Virus record (IMG/VR): IMGVR_UViG_3300027679_000019
Coordinates: 1-34,834 of that record
Source: a virus
Lineage: Duplodnaviria > Caudoviricetes
Direction: 5' to 3' (one strand)
DNA: 34,834 nt
Both the position numbers and the translations under genes were made by a program. The notes beneath the pieces were generated by a model. It ran no database searches. It was not told the DNA's origin and worked only from the letters and a program-made list of their open reading frames with translations. Position 1 is the stretch's first letter. Each line of letters opens with the position of its first letter. Below, one piece after another: positions 9,334-17,642 of this stretch.

Positions 9334-9551
9334 AAATTTATCGTGACGCTCAAGGCATTTGCATCAATATTGGCGAATGGGATTACCAGATCAAAGTTGT
9401 AGATGGTGTTGAAACCATCAATAATCCATTGCCCGAAGGTGCGACAGAACATGATGCTGAAGTCGTAATTGGTTACGATGGTGGTCTTTATTTGGCTGAT
9501 GATCCAAGACGTTTACAGCCAGCTTACCAAACAGCCCAAATTCAAGCATAA
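9330..9551 (+). CDS. Small acidic protein downstream of tailspike, possible chaperone
   Basis: Likely start at ATG 9330 overlapping the tailspike TGA (ATGA); the track calls it from 9318. Confidence 0.6.
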   Translation: MKIYRDAQGICINIGEWDYQIKVVDGVETINNPLPEGATEHDAEVVIGYDGGLYLADDPRRLQPAYQTAQIQA

Positions 9552-9565
9552 TGCTGAAAACCGTA

Positions 9566-9597
9566 CTGGTGCGATCACCAGGGAATCTTTGAGATTC
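9566..9597 (+). promoter_or_regulatory. Two tandem hairpins directly upstream of the scaffold start
   Basis: CTGGTG-cgat-CACCAG (9566-9581) and GAATCT-ttg-AGATTC (9583-9597); ATG at 9602. Confidence 0.5.
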
Positions 9598-9601
9598 AAA
9601 A

Positions 9602-10387
9602 ATGACTGAAGAAGTCCAACAAACCTTAGCGGAAGTTGACTCCGCGCCAGCTCCAGAAGTGACGGCCACTCAGGAAGCAACTCAAACGCCGGAAGTCGCT
9701 GAAGAAGCAAAAGAGCCTTCAAGGGTTTTTACCCAAGAAGAACTTGATGCAGCAATTGGCAAAAGGCTTGCAAGAGAGCAACGTAAGTGGGAAAGAGACC
9801 AGACTCAACGTCAAGCTGAAGCCCAGACGCTGAGAGCGCCAGCAAACGTCCCGCCAGTCGATCAGTTTGAAAGCCCTGAAGCCTATGCAGACGCATTGGC
9901 CTACCAGAAAGCCGAACAACTGCTTGCCCAACGAGAAGAAGCAAGGCAGCAATCTGCAATTCTTGAGACCTACCACGAAAAGGAAGAGGAAGCTCGGACG
10001 AAGTACGACGACTTTGAACAAGTCGCCTACAACCCCAAGTTGCCAATTACTAACGTGATGGCTCAGACGATTCAAGCCTCGGACATTGGCCCTGAAGTAG
10101 CTTACTACCTCGGCGCTAACCCCAAGGAAGCAGATCGTATTTCTCGCTTGGCACCATTCGTGCAAGCCAAGGAAATTGGGAGGATTGAGGCCAAGTTGGC
10201 TACCGATCCTCCTGTGAAAAGAACTACGTCAGCGCCAGCACCAATTTCGCCTGTTACAGCTCGCTCCTCTGGAGGCCCAGCTTATGACACTACAGACCCA
10301 CGGTCTACCAAGACCATGACGGACTCGCAGTGGATTGAAGCTGAACGAGCAAGACAGCGTAAGAAGTGGGAAGCACAAAACCGCTAA
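9602..10387 (+). CDS. Scaffolding protein
   Basis: Acidic, Glu/Gln-rich coiled coil with a basic C-terminal helix, immediately upstream of the coat gene. Confidence 0.85.
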   Translation: MTEEVQQTLAEVDSAPAPEVTATQEATQTPEVAEEAKEPSRVFTQEELDAAIGKRLAREQRKWERDQTQRQAEAQTLRAPANVPPVDQFESPEAYADALAYQKAEQLLAQREEARQQSAILETYHEKEEEARTKYDDFEQVAYNPKLPITNVMAQTIQASDIGPEVAYYLGANPKEADRISRLAPFVQAKEIGRIEAKLATDPPVKRTTSAPAPISPVTARSSGGPAYDTTDPRSTKTMTDSQWIEAERARQRKKWEAQNR

Positions 10388-10410
10388 ACAATTTTTAAAG
10401 GACTTTTTTC

Positions 10411-11610
10411 ATGGCTAATAGTATCTTAACGATTGACATGATCACCCGTAAAGCTCTCGAGATTCTCGAGAACAACTTGGTGCTCACCCGTAACGTGAAC
10501 CGTCAGTACGACGACAGCTTCGCTGTTGAAGGTGCCAAGATTGGTTCGACCCTGCGTATTCGTTTACCTGACCGCGCTTTGGTAACCGACGGTGCCGCCT
10601 TGCAAGTGCAAGACGACAACGAACAGTTCACCACTTTGGCCGTGTCTACCCAAAAGCACATTGGTGTCAACTTCACATCTGCTGAATTGACCATGCAATT
10701 GGATGACTTTGCAGAACGTGTTCTGAAGCCCCGTATCAGCCAGTTGGCCTCCAGCATTGATGCTGACGTTGCCAATGCGTACAAAACCATCGGTAACACT
10801 GTTGGCACCCCTGGCACCACTCCTTCTACTTCTTTGGTCTTGTTGCAAGCCCAACAGAAGTTGAACGAAAATGCTGCCGTGATGTCACCACGTTACGCTA
10901 CTGTCAATCCTGCCGCTAACGCTGGTTTGGTTGAAGGCATGAAGGGCTTGTTTAACCCCACCGACACCATCAGCAAGCAGTTTAAGAACGGCATGATGGG
11001 CACTGGCGTGTTGGGCTTTGATGAAGTCAACATGTCTCAGTCAATCAAGCAGCACACTACTGGCACCCGCATTGCTACAGGCAATACCACTGGCGCTGCT
11101 GTAACAACTGAAGGTGCTTCTACCCTCACGTTGACTGTTGGCTCTGGTGAACTGATTGCTGTTGGTGACGTGTTTACGATTGCTGATGTTTACGCTGTAA
11201 ACCCACAAACCCGTGAGTCCACAGGCGCGTTGTTCCAGTTTGTGGCCTTGGCGTCTTCGACCGTTACCACTACTGCTACTGTGACCGTAGCGCCCATGTA
11301 TTCAGCAGCTCACGCTTTGGCTACCATGTTGACTTTGCCTGCTACTGCCAAAGCCGTTGTGTTTGTCGGTACAGCCAGCACTCAGTATCCCCAAAACTTG
11401 GTTTACCACAAAGATGCGATCACTTTTGCAACCGCCGACTTGTTGCTGCCCCAAGGCGTCGATATGGCTGCTCGCGCAGTTCATAACGGTATCAGCTTGC
11501 GCGTTGTTCGTCAGTACGACATCAACAACGACCGTATGCCTTGCCGTATTGACGTACTGTATGGCTTCAGCACAATTCGTCCACAGATGGCCTGCCGCAT
11601 CTGGGGTTGA
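10411..11610 (+). CDS. Major capsid protein, P22 gp5-like coat
   Basis: MANSILTIDMITRKALEILENNL start, GDVFTIADVYAVNP insertion-domain motif, C-terminal RIDVLYG; AAGGA SD. Confidence 0.94.
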   Translation: MANSILTIDMITRKALEILENNLVLTRNVNRQYDDSFAVEGAKIGSTLRIRLPDRALVTDGAALQVQDDNEQFTTLAVSTQKHIGVNFTSAELTMQLDDFAERVLKPRISQLASSIDADVANAYKTIGNTVGTPGTTPSTSLVLLQAQQKLNENAAVMSPRYATVNPAANAGLVEGMKGLFNPTDTISKQFKNGMMGTGVLGFDEVNMSQSIKQHTTGTRIATGNTTGAAVTTEGASTLTLTVGSGELIAVGDVFTIADVYAVNPQTRESTGALFQFVALASSTVTTTATVTVAPMYSAAHALATMLTLPATAKAVVFVGTASTQYPQNLVYHKDAITFATADLLLPQGVDMAARAVHNGISLRVVRQYDINNDRMPCRIDVLYGFSTIRPQMACRIWG

Positions 11611-11638
11611 TCAGAAACTTTTTTAAAGGAAAATTATC

Positions 11639-12061
11639 ATGGCATTACCTAATTCTGGCGGTGGCTACCAAGTCGGTGACGGCAACCTGAACGAAATTGA
11701 CTTGTATGCAACAGCGTCTCAACAGACCGCAACCGCAACTGCAACCCTGACCGTTGCACAAATTACGGGCAATTTGTTGGTGGGTAACCCCTCCACAACC
11801 GCTGCTACGTACACTTTGCCAACGGCAACCGCAATTGATGCGGTTATAACTAACGCAAAAATTGGCAGTACGTTCAATTTGACTGTTATTAACCTTGGCA
11901 CTTCCACCGGCCTCATCACAATGGCTGTTGGAACTGGCATCACTGCGGTTGGCAACTTGGTTGTTGCTATTACCGGCAGTGCGGCAGGTGTTGGTGGCGC
12001 AGCGCAGTTCATGTTCCGCAAAACTGGCGACGCTGCATACACTTTGTATCGTATTGCTTAA
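11639..12061 (+). CDS. Putative capsid decoration/minor structural protein
   Basis: Ala/Thr/Gly-rich 140 aa directly after coat; strong AAAGGAAA SD. Confidence 0.65.
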   Translation: MALPNSGGGYQVGDGNLNEIDLYATASQQTATATATLTVAQITGNLLVGNPSTTAATYTLPTATAIDAVITNAKIGSTFNLTVINLGTSTGLITMAVGTGITAVGNLVVAITGSAAGVGGAAQFMFRKTGDAAYTLYRIA

Positions 12062-12065
12062 ACCT

Positions 12066-12092
12066 AAATAGGGGCTTCGGCCTCTATTTTTT
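12066..12092 (+). terminator. Rho-independent terminator-like hairpin
   Basis: AAATAGGGGC-TTCG-GCCTCTATTT followed by a T run; C(UUCG)G tetraloop. Confidence 0.75.
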
Positions 12093-12104
12093 AAAGGAAA
12101 AATC

Positions 12105-12323
12105 ATGCCAAATACTATTGCTGTAGGCGTCGCGTTTGAAGACGCACAACTAAACGGCGCAATCATGGGTAAAACTGGTGGAACTGCGGGTTTCTATGGA
12201 ACCACGCCAATTACACAAGCTGCGGCCATTACTGCGGTCGGAAATACTGCTACGGGGACTGAGCTGGCAACCGCCATCAATGCTCTTCGTGTGGCGTTAA
12301 AAAACATCGGCATCACTGCCTAA
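12105..12323 (+). CDS. Small structural protein (head fibre-like)
   Basis: GFYGTTP...AINALRVALKNIGI pattern; AAAGGAAA SD. Confidence 0.65.
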   Translation: MPNTIAVGVAFEDAQLNGAIMGKTGGTAGFYGTTPITQAAAITAVGNTATGTELATAINALRVALKNIGITA

Positions 12324-12329
12324 ACCAAC

Positions 12330-12355
12330 AGGGGGCTAATCACCCCCTTCTTTTT
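12330..12355 (+). terminator. Rho-independent terminator-like hairpin
   Basis: AGGGGG-ctaatca-CCCCCT followed by TCTTTTT. Confidence 0.6.
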
Positions 12356-12556
12356 ATGCCTGTTATTTATATGTCTCACCCCGTTCATGGTGCAAAGGTT
12401 GCCACTATGGAACTTGAAGCCGTTTATGATGAAACAAATGGCTGGACAAGGTATACTTTGGATACGCCTGTTGAGGCGGCTCCTGTTGCAAACAAATTGG
12501 AAGTTAAACGTCGTCGTGGCCGACCTAGTTTAGAGGCGGCAGAACAAGGAGCGTAA
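12356..12556 (+). CDS. Hypothetical protein with KRRRGRP basic motif
   Basis: 66-aa ORF filling the gap before the gp4-like gene. Confidence 0.65.
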   Translation: MPVIYMSHPVHGAKVATMELEAVYDETNGWTRYTLDTPVEAAPVANKLEVKRRRGRPSLEAAEQGA

Positions 12557-12557
12557 C

Positions 12558-13274
12558 ATGGCCATATACACCGCTGGCGATCAAATCAACAGAGCATTGC
12601 GATTGCTCGGCGTATTGGCTGAAGGCGAGACAACTTCCGCGTCTGTGTCTGAAGATTCGCTGATGGCATTGAATCAAATGATCGACTCTTGGAATACCGA
12701 GCGTCTATCTGTTTTTAGCACCCAAGATCAGATATTTACTTGGCCTGCCGGTCAAATTACACGCACCCTTGGCCCATCAGGTAACTTTATAGGCAACCGC
12801 CCCGTGTTGCTAGATGACGCCACCTACTACCGCGACGCAGGCACCAACGTGTCTTACGGCATCAAATTTATCAACCAACAGCAATATGACGGCATTGCTG
12901 TTAAAACCGTAACGTCAACGTATCCACAGGTCATTTTTGTCAACATGACCTACCCTGACGTTACGATGACCATCTACCCGCAGCCTACACGGGACTTGGA
13001 ATGGCACTTTGTTTCGGTTGAAGAGCTGACCCAGCCTGCTAACTTGGCAACAAATATTCTGTTCCCACCAGGCTATTTGCGAGCTTTCACCTACAACTTG
13101 GCTATGGAAATTGCGCCTGAGTTTGGCGTGGAGCCAAGCCCCCAAGTGCAGCGCATTGCAATGACTTCTAAGCGCAATTTGAAGCGCATTAACAATCCTG
13201 ATGACATTATGTCTATGCCTTACGCTATTGTGTCATCCCGTCAACGTTTTAACATTTTTGCAGGAAACTACTAA
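12558..13274 (+). CDS. Head-tail adaptor, P22 gp4-like
   Basis: TAGDQINRALRLLGVLAEGE...ALNQMIDSW and YNLAMEIAPEFG motifs; position; AAGGAG SD. Confidence 0.8.
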   Translation: MAIYTAGDQINRALRLLGVLAEGETTSASVSEDSLMALNQMIDSWNTERLSVFSTQDQIFTWPAGQITRTLGPSGNFIGNRPVLLDDATYYRDAGTNVSYGIKFINQQQYDGIAVKTVTSTYPQVIFVNMTYPDVTMTIYPQPTRDLEWHFVSVEELTQPANLATNILFPPGYLRAFTYNLAMEIAPEFGVEPSPQVQRIAMTSKRNLKRINNPDDIMSMPYAIVSSRQRFNIFAGNY

Positions 13275-13275
13275 T

Positions 13276-13944
13276 ATGGCCACCATCGCAATTTCATCTC
13301 TCCCCGTTGCAACTGCTGCTGCTGCTGCTGATGTCTTGCCAATTGTGCAATCAGGCACAACAAAACAAGTCACCAATGCGTTATTGTTTACCAATGCAAC
13401 AATGGTTGCGCCTGTTTTAGGCACCGTTGCCAGTGGCAATATTAGTGCTTGCACAAGTACAGGATTAGTGTTGACTGCACCTGTATTGGGGACAGTTGCA
13501 AGCGGCAATATTAGTGCCTGCACTAGTACAAGTATGGTTATGGTTACCCCTGTTATTGGCGCAGCTACAGGTACAAGTTTGACTGCCACAGGTGTGATTG
13601 CTTCAACAGGCACGGCTGGCGTAGGCTACGCAACTGGCGCTGGTGGCGCAATTACGCAAATAACAAGTCGCACCACGGGCGTGACGCTAAACAAAACAAC
13701 GGGTGCAATCACTCTGTTTAGCGCAGCAGGAACGACTGTTGCGGCAACATTTACCGTGACCAACAGCACCGTGGCAGCAACCGATGTCATTATTCTTAAC
13801 CAAAAGTCAGGCACTGACTTGTATGACTTGATGGTCACTGCTGTGGCTGCGGGAAGTTTTAATATCACATTTCGCACTACTGGCGGCACAACCACAGAAA
13901 CACCCGTATTTAACTTTGCGGTTATCAAAGCAGTTGCGGCCTAA
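13276..13944 (+). CDS. Fibre protein, paralog of 6905..7837, with internal 23-aa tandem repeat
   Basis: Start more likely at ATG 13276 (right after the gp4-like stop) than 13201; ISSLPVAT...LPIVQSG N-terminus. Confidence 0.75.
   Translation: MATIAISSLPVATAAAAADVLPIVQSGTTKQVTNALLFTNATMVAPVLGTVASGNISACTSTGLVLTAPVLGTVASGNISACTSTSMVMVTPVIGAATGTSLTATGVIASTGTAGVGYATGAGGAITQITSRTTGVTLNKTTGAITLFSAAGTTVAATFTVTNSTVAATDVIILNQKSGTDLYDLMVTAVAAGSFNITFRTTGGTTTETPVFNFAVIKAVAA
13408..13545 (+). repeat. 69-bp (23-aa) coding tandem repeat APVLGTVASGNISACTST
   Basis: Two copies of the 18-aa core, identical in peptide with synonymous nucleotide differences, followed by a degenerate third (TPVIGAATG). Confidence 0.85.
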
Positions 13945-15587
13945 TGAAAACGCCGATTCTTGGGTCGGCGTATGTTGCCCGCAGTATTAACGCTGCGGAT
14001 AACCGCATGGTCAATCTGTTTCCTGAAGTTATTCCCGAAGGCGGTAAAGAACCAGGCTTTCTTAACCGCGCCCCTGGACTTAACTTTCTGCAATCAGTAG
14101 GCACTGGCCCGATCCGCGCTTTGTGGGCGCATCAAACCAATGGCAGTGATTTCTTTGTTGTGTCGGGCAATCAGTTTTTTAAACTGACTGGCTTGAATGC
14201 CACCCCTACGCTGTTGGGCACCGTGACTGGCACAGGCCCTGTGTCTATTGCCGACAATGGAACGCAGATCTTTTTGGCTTGCAACCCTGACGGCTTTATC
14301 TACAACGAAGTCACCGACGTATTTGCCCAAATCACAGACCCTGACTTTGCTGGTGCAGTAACAGTAGCGTACCTTGACGGTTACTTTGTATTCAATCAAC
14401 CCAACAGCCAAATCCTTTGGGTGACGCAATTACTAGACGGCACTTCAGTTGATCCGTTGGACTTTGCAAGCGCTGAAGGCTCACCCGACGGCGTGGTGGG
14501 CATCATTGCCGACCACCGTGAGCTGTGGGTGTTTGGTACTGATTCAGTAGAAGTTTGGTACAACTCCAGCGCGGCTGACTTCCCTCTGACCCGCATCCAA
14601 GGCGCTTTCAATGAGATCGGCTGCGTATCAGCGTACACCATCGCTAAGATGGACAACGGCTTGTTTTGGTTGGGCACAGACGCCCGTGGCCAAGGTATTG
14701 TCTACCGCGCCAATGGCTACACTGGTATTCGTATTTCTACCCACGCGATTGAATACGCTATTGCCCAATACGGCAACATCTCGGACGCTATTGCTTACAC
14801 ATACCAACAAGAAGGCCATGCCTTTTATGTGCTGACATTCCCAAGCGGCAACGCTACATGGGTTTATGACGTATCAACGCAAGCATGGCATGAACGTGCT
14901 GGCTTTGATAACGGTGATTTTATGCGTCACCGTAGCAACTGCCAATGTAACTTTGGTGGCAATATCATTGTTGGCGACTTTGAAAACGGTAACATCTACA
15001 CGTTTGACTTGGATGTATACGCCGACAATGGCGGCATCCAAAAGTGGTTGCGGAGCTGGCGAGCGTTGCCGACTGGCCAAAACAACCTCAAACGCACCGC
15101 GCACCACAGCTTGCAATTAGACTGTGAAACAGGCGTGGGGCTGAATTTATACCCTGCATACGACAGCGAAAATATTGACACTGAGTCAGGGTTAGATCTT
15201 GTGGCCGAATATGTGCAGACGTTTTTGGCGACTCAATCAGGCGTTACATTGACCACTGAAGCAGGCGATGGTTTTGAACCTTTAGGCCAATACGAACTGT
15301 CGGATACCGACATTACTGGGTACAACTTAGTCACTAACTCATACCTTGCTGCACCAGGCTATGACCCCGAGGTCATGTTGCGTTGGTCGGATGACGGCGG
15401 TCACACATGGAGCAATGAGCATTGGTCACCAATTGGCAAAATTGGTGCGTATGGCCACCGAACCTTTTGGCGCAGGCTTGGCATGACGCTCAAGCTGCGC
15501 GACCGTGTATACGAACTCTCAGGCACTGACCCCAACAAAATAGCCATCATGGGCGCAGAATTGATCTTAAGCCCGACCAATTCTTAA
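13944..15587 (+). CDS. Tail hub / DNA stabilisation protein, P22 gp10-like
   Basis: 547 aa, beta-propeller-like; ASAEGSPD and MLRWSDDGGHTWS..W...GKIG.Y..R..WRRLG motifs. Confidence 0.9.
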   Translation: MKTPILGSAYVARSINAADNRMVNLFPEVIPEGGKEPGFLNRAPGLNFLQSVGTGPIRALWAHQTNGSDFFVVSGNQFFKLTGLNATPTLLGTVTGTGPVSIADNGTQIFLACNPDGFIYNEVTDVFAQITDPDFAGAVTVAYLDGYFVFNQPNSQILWVTQLLDGTSVDPLDFASAEGSPDGVVGIIADHRELWVFGTDSVEVWYNSSAADFPLTRIQGAFNEIGCVSAYTIAKMDNGLFWLGTDARGQGIVYRANGYTGIRISTHAIEYAIAQYGNISDAIAYTYQQEGHAFYVLTFPSGNATWVYDVSTQAWHERAGFDNGDFMRHRSNCQCNFGGNIIVGDFENGNIYTFDLDVYADNGGIQKWLRSWRALPTGQNNLKRTAHHSLQLDCETGVGLNLYPAYDSENIDTESGLDLVAEYVQTFLATQSGVTLTTEAGDGFEPLGQYELSDTDITGYNLVTNSYLAAPGYDPEVMLRWSDDGGHTWSNEHWSPIGKIGAYGHRTFWRRLGMTLKLRDRVYELSGTDPNKIAIMGAELILSPTNS

Positions 15588-15589
15588 TC

Positions 15590-17293
15590 ATGGCCACCAG
15601 TCCAAACGCCACCCAGATCACGCCTCCACGGGTGCCGATTATTGATCAGCGAACTGGTGCGGTGTCGCGGGAATGGTATCGGTGGTTTTACAGTCTGTAC
15701 AACATTGTTGGTGGTGGGCTTGGCATTATTCCGGTAAGTAGCGGCGGCACAGGGTTATCCACTATTCCAACCAACGGCCAACTGCTGATTGGTAACGGCA
15801 CAGGGTATACCCTAAACACTCTTGGCTTTGGCGCAGGCATTTTGGTCACCAATGGTGTTGGCACAATATCAGTAGCTAATACGGGTGTGTTGTCAAACAT
15901 TGCTGGCACAGGTATATCAGTGTCCGGCGCAACAGGCAACGTGACAATAACCAACACTGGTGTGCTGTCGTTCTCAGGCGGCACGACCGGCTTAACGCCT
16001 GCTACAGCAACCACAGGCGCTATCACCCTTGCAGGCACCTTGGGTATTGCCAACGGCGGTACAAACGGTTCTTCAACGCCTGCGGCTGGCGCTGTACCCT
16101 ACGGCACGGGAACGGCTTATGCATTTACTGCGGTTGGCACAGCAGGCCAAGTGTTGACCAGCAACGGCGCTGGAGTGCCCACATGGACGACAAATGCCGG
16201 TGGAGATGTCACAGGGCCAGCGTCATCGACTGACAATGCTATTGCAAGGTTTGATGGCGTTACTGGCAAAATTATCCAAAATTCTGTCACTCTTATTGAT
16301 GACACTGGCAATGCTAGTGGTATCTTGTCTCAACAATTTAGCAATGGCTCTGCCGTCACTCTTGCCGCAGGAAAGATGTGGTACGACGGTTCTACAGGCG
16401 CTTGGAATTTGGGCATGGGTAATGGCAACATTACTCAGCAAGTTGGCGAAGAAATATTTGTTTACGGCAAAGCGTCTGCCGCTATTACAGACTCACCTCT
16501 GCAAATTATTTACCATACAGGTGTTGTTGGGGCTAGTGGCGTTATTACTTTTGCCCCTACGATTGCAGGAATTACAGATAGCAATGCGATTGTTGGTGTA
16601 GCTACCGAATCTTTGGCTCTTAATGATTTTGGACGGACTACTGTTTTTGGGACAGTGCGTGGAATTACAACTAACGGTAGTGCTTTTGGAGAAACTTGGG
16701 CAGATGACGATCCCATTTGGTACAACCCAGTAACGGGTAACCCGACCAAAGTTGAACCTGTTGCACCAAACATTAAGATACAAGTTGGCTATGTAATTAA
16801 AGCTGGCGCGGGTGGGTCTGGTTCTTTTCACGTTGAAATTATTCGCGGCTCTAAACTTGGTGGCACAGACTCAAATGTAGAGTTTGGCACATTAGTTAAT
16901 ACTGACTTGATCCAGTACAGCACATCATTAGGCTATTGGACAAATGTCACGCCAGCGTCGGTGATTAATGCCTCTGGCGGTGCGCCGGTCACTAAGACTG
17001 CCAACTTTACAGTAGCGGCCAGCGAAAACTGGCTGATCAACAACAAGTCTGGCTCGACCTGTACGGTGACTTTGCCGACAGCGTCTAGCTGGACGGGTCG
17101 GGTTTTGCGGTTTCAGAACTACCAAATCCAAGCAGTTGCATCGGCGTCGTCAAATGTGGTACCTTTGACCGGCGGTGCGGCGGGTACGTCTATCTTGTTG
17201 GCCAGCTCGGGCGACGCGGCCACGCTGGTGTCTGACGGCTCCAACTGGTTGATGACACAATATATACCTAACAACATCCTTCTTTTGGAGTAA
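15590..17293 (+). CDS. Tail needle/fibre protein at the P22 gp26 position
   Basis: N-terminal ITPPRVPIID..TG..SREWYRWF, then Gly/Thr-rich fibre repeats (GGTG, GQVLTSNG, STDNAIARFDG). Confidence 0.8.
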   Translation: MATSPNATQITPPRVPIIDQRTGAVSREWYRWFYSLYNIVGGGLGIIPVSSGGTGLSTIPTNGQLLIGNGTGYTLNTLGFGAGILVTNGVGTISVANTGVLSNIAGTGISVSGATGNVTITNTGVLSFSGGTTGLTPATATTGAITLAGTLGIANGGTNGSSTPAAGAVPYGTGTAYAFTAVGTAGQVLTSNGAGVPTWTTNAGGDVTGPASSTDNAIARFDGVTGKIIQNSVTLIDDTGNASGILSQQFSNGSAVTLAAGKMWYDGSTGAWNLGMGNGNITQQVGEEIFVYGKASAAITDSPLQIIYHTGVVGASGVITFAPTIAGITDSNAIVGVATESLALNDFGRTTVFGTVRGITTNGSAFGETWADDDPIWYNPVTGNPTKVEPVAPNIKIQVGYVIKAGAGGSGSFHVEIIRGSKLGGTDSNVEFGTLVNTDLIQYSTSLGYWTNVTPASVINASGGAPVTKTANFTVAASENWLINNKSGSTCTVTLPTASSWTGRVLRFQNYQIQAVASASSNVVPLTGGAAGTSILLASSGDAATLVSDGSNWLMTQYIPNNILLLE

Positions 17294-17296
17294 CTG

Positions 17297-17641
17297 ATGA
17301 TCCATCACCATTTCAGCTCAGGTGTGTATGCTAAAGAAATGCGGATGCCAGCAAACTATTTGCTGCTACACCATAAGCATACGTTTTCGCATTTGTCTAT
17401 ATTGGCTAGCGGATCAATAGAATTGATTATTGATGGCGAAAAGAAAGTTATCCATGCTCCTGCCTGCTTGACTATTGCGGCGGATAAGCATCACGGCGTA
17501 AAATCGCTCACAGACGTGGTTTGGTATTGCATCCATGCAACAGACTGTACAGACGAAGACAAGATTGATGAAGTTTTGACAGAACCGCATGATATGGCGC
17601 AAGTAATGTCAATTGCACAAAATTTAGTTAAGGAGAATTAA
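17297..17641 (+). CDS. Cupin-fold protein
   Basis: HKHTFSHLSILASG and KHHGVKSLTD His motifs in cupin spacing. Confidence 0.75.
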   Translation: MIHHHFSSGVYAKEMRMPANYLLLHHKHTFSHLSILASGSIELIIDGEKKVIHAPACLTIAADKHHGVKSLTDVVWYCIHATDCTDEDKIDEVLTEPHDMAQVMSIAQNLVKEN

Positions 17642-17642
17642 T

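Noticed and set aside
11608-11641. Readthrough or frameshift extension of the coat into the downstream gene
   Set aside because: The downstream ORF is in a different frame and has its own strong SD; no slippery site seen before the coat stop.
7510-13944. Similar 3' ends of two fibre genes as a diversity-generating retroelement TR/VR pair
   Set aside because: No reverse transcriptase in the window. Both copies are coding, and the differences are largely synonymous and not adenine-specific.
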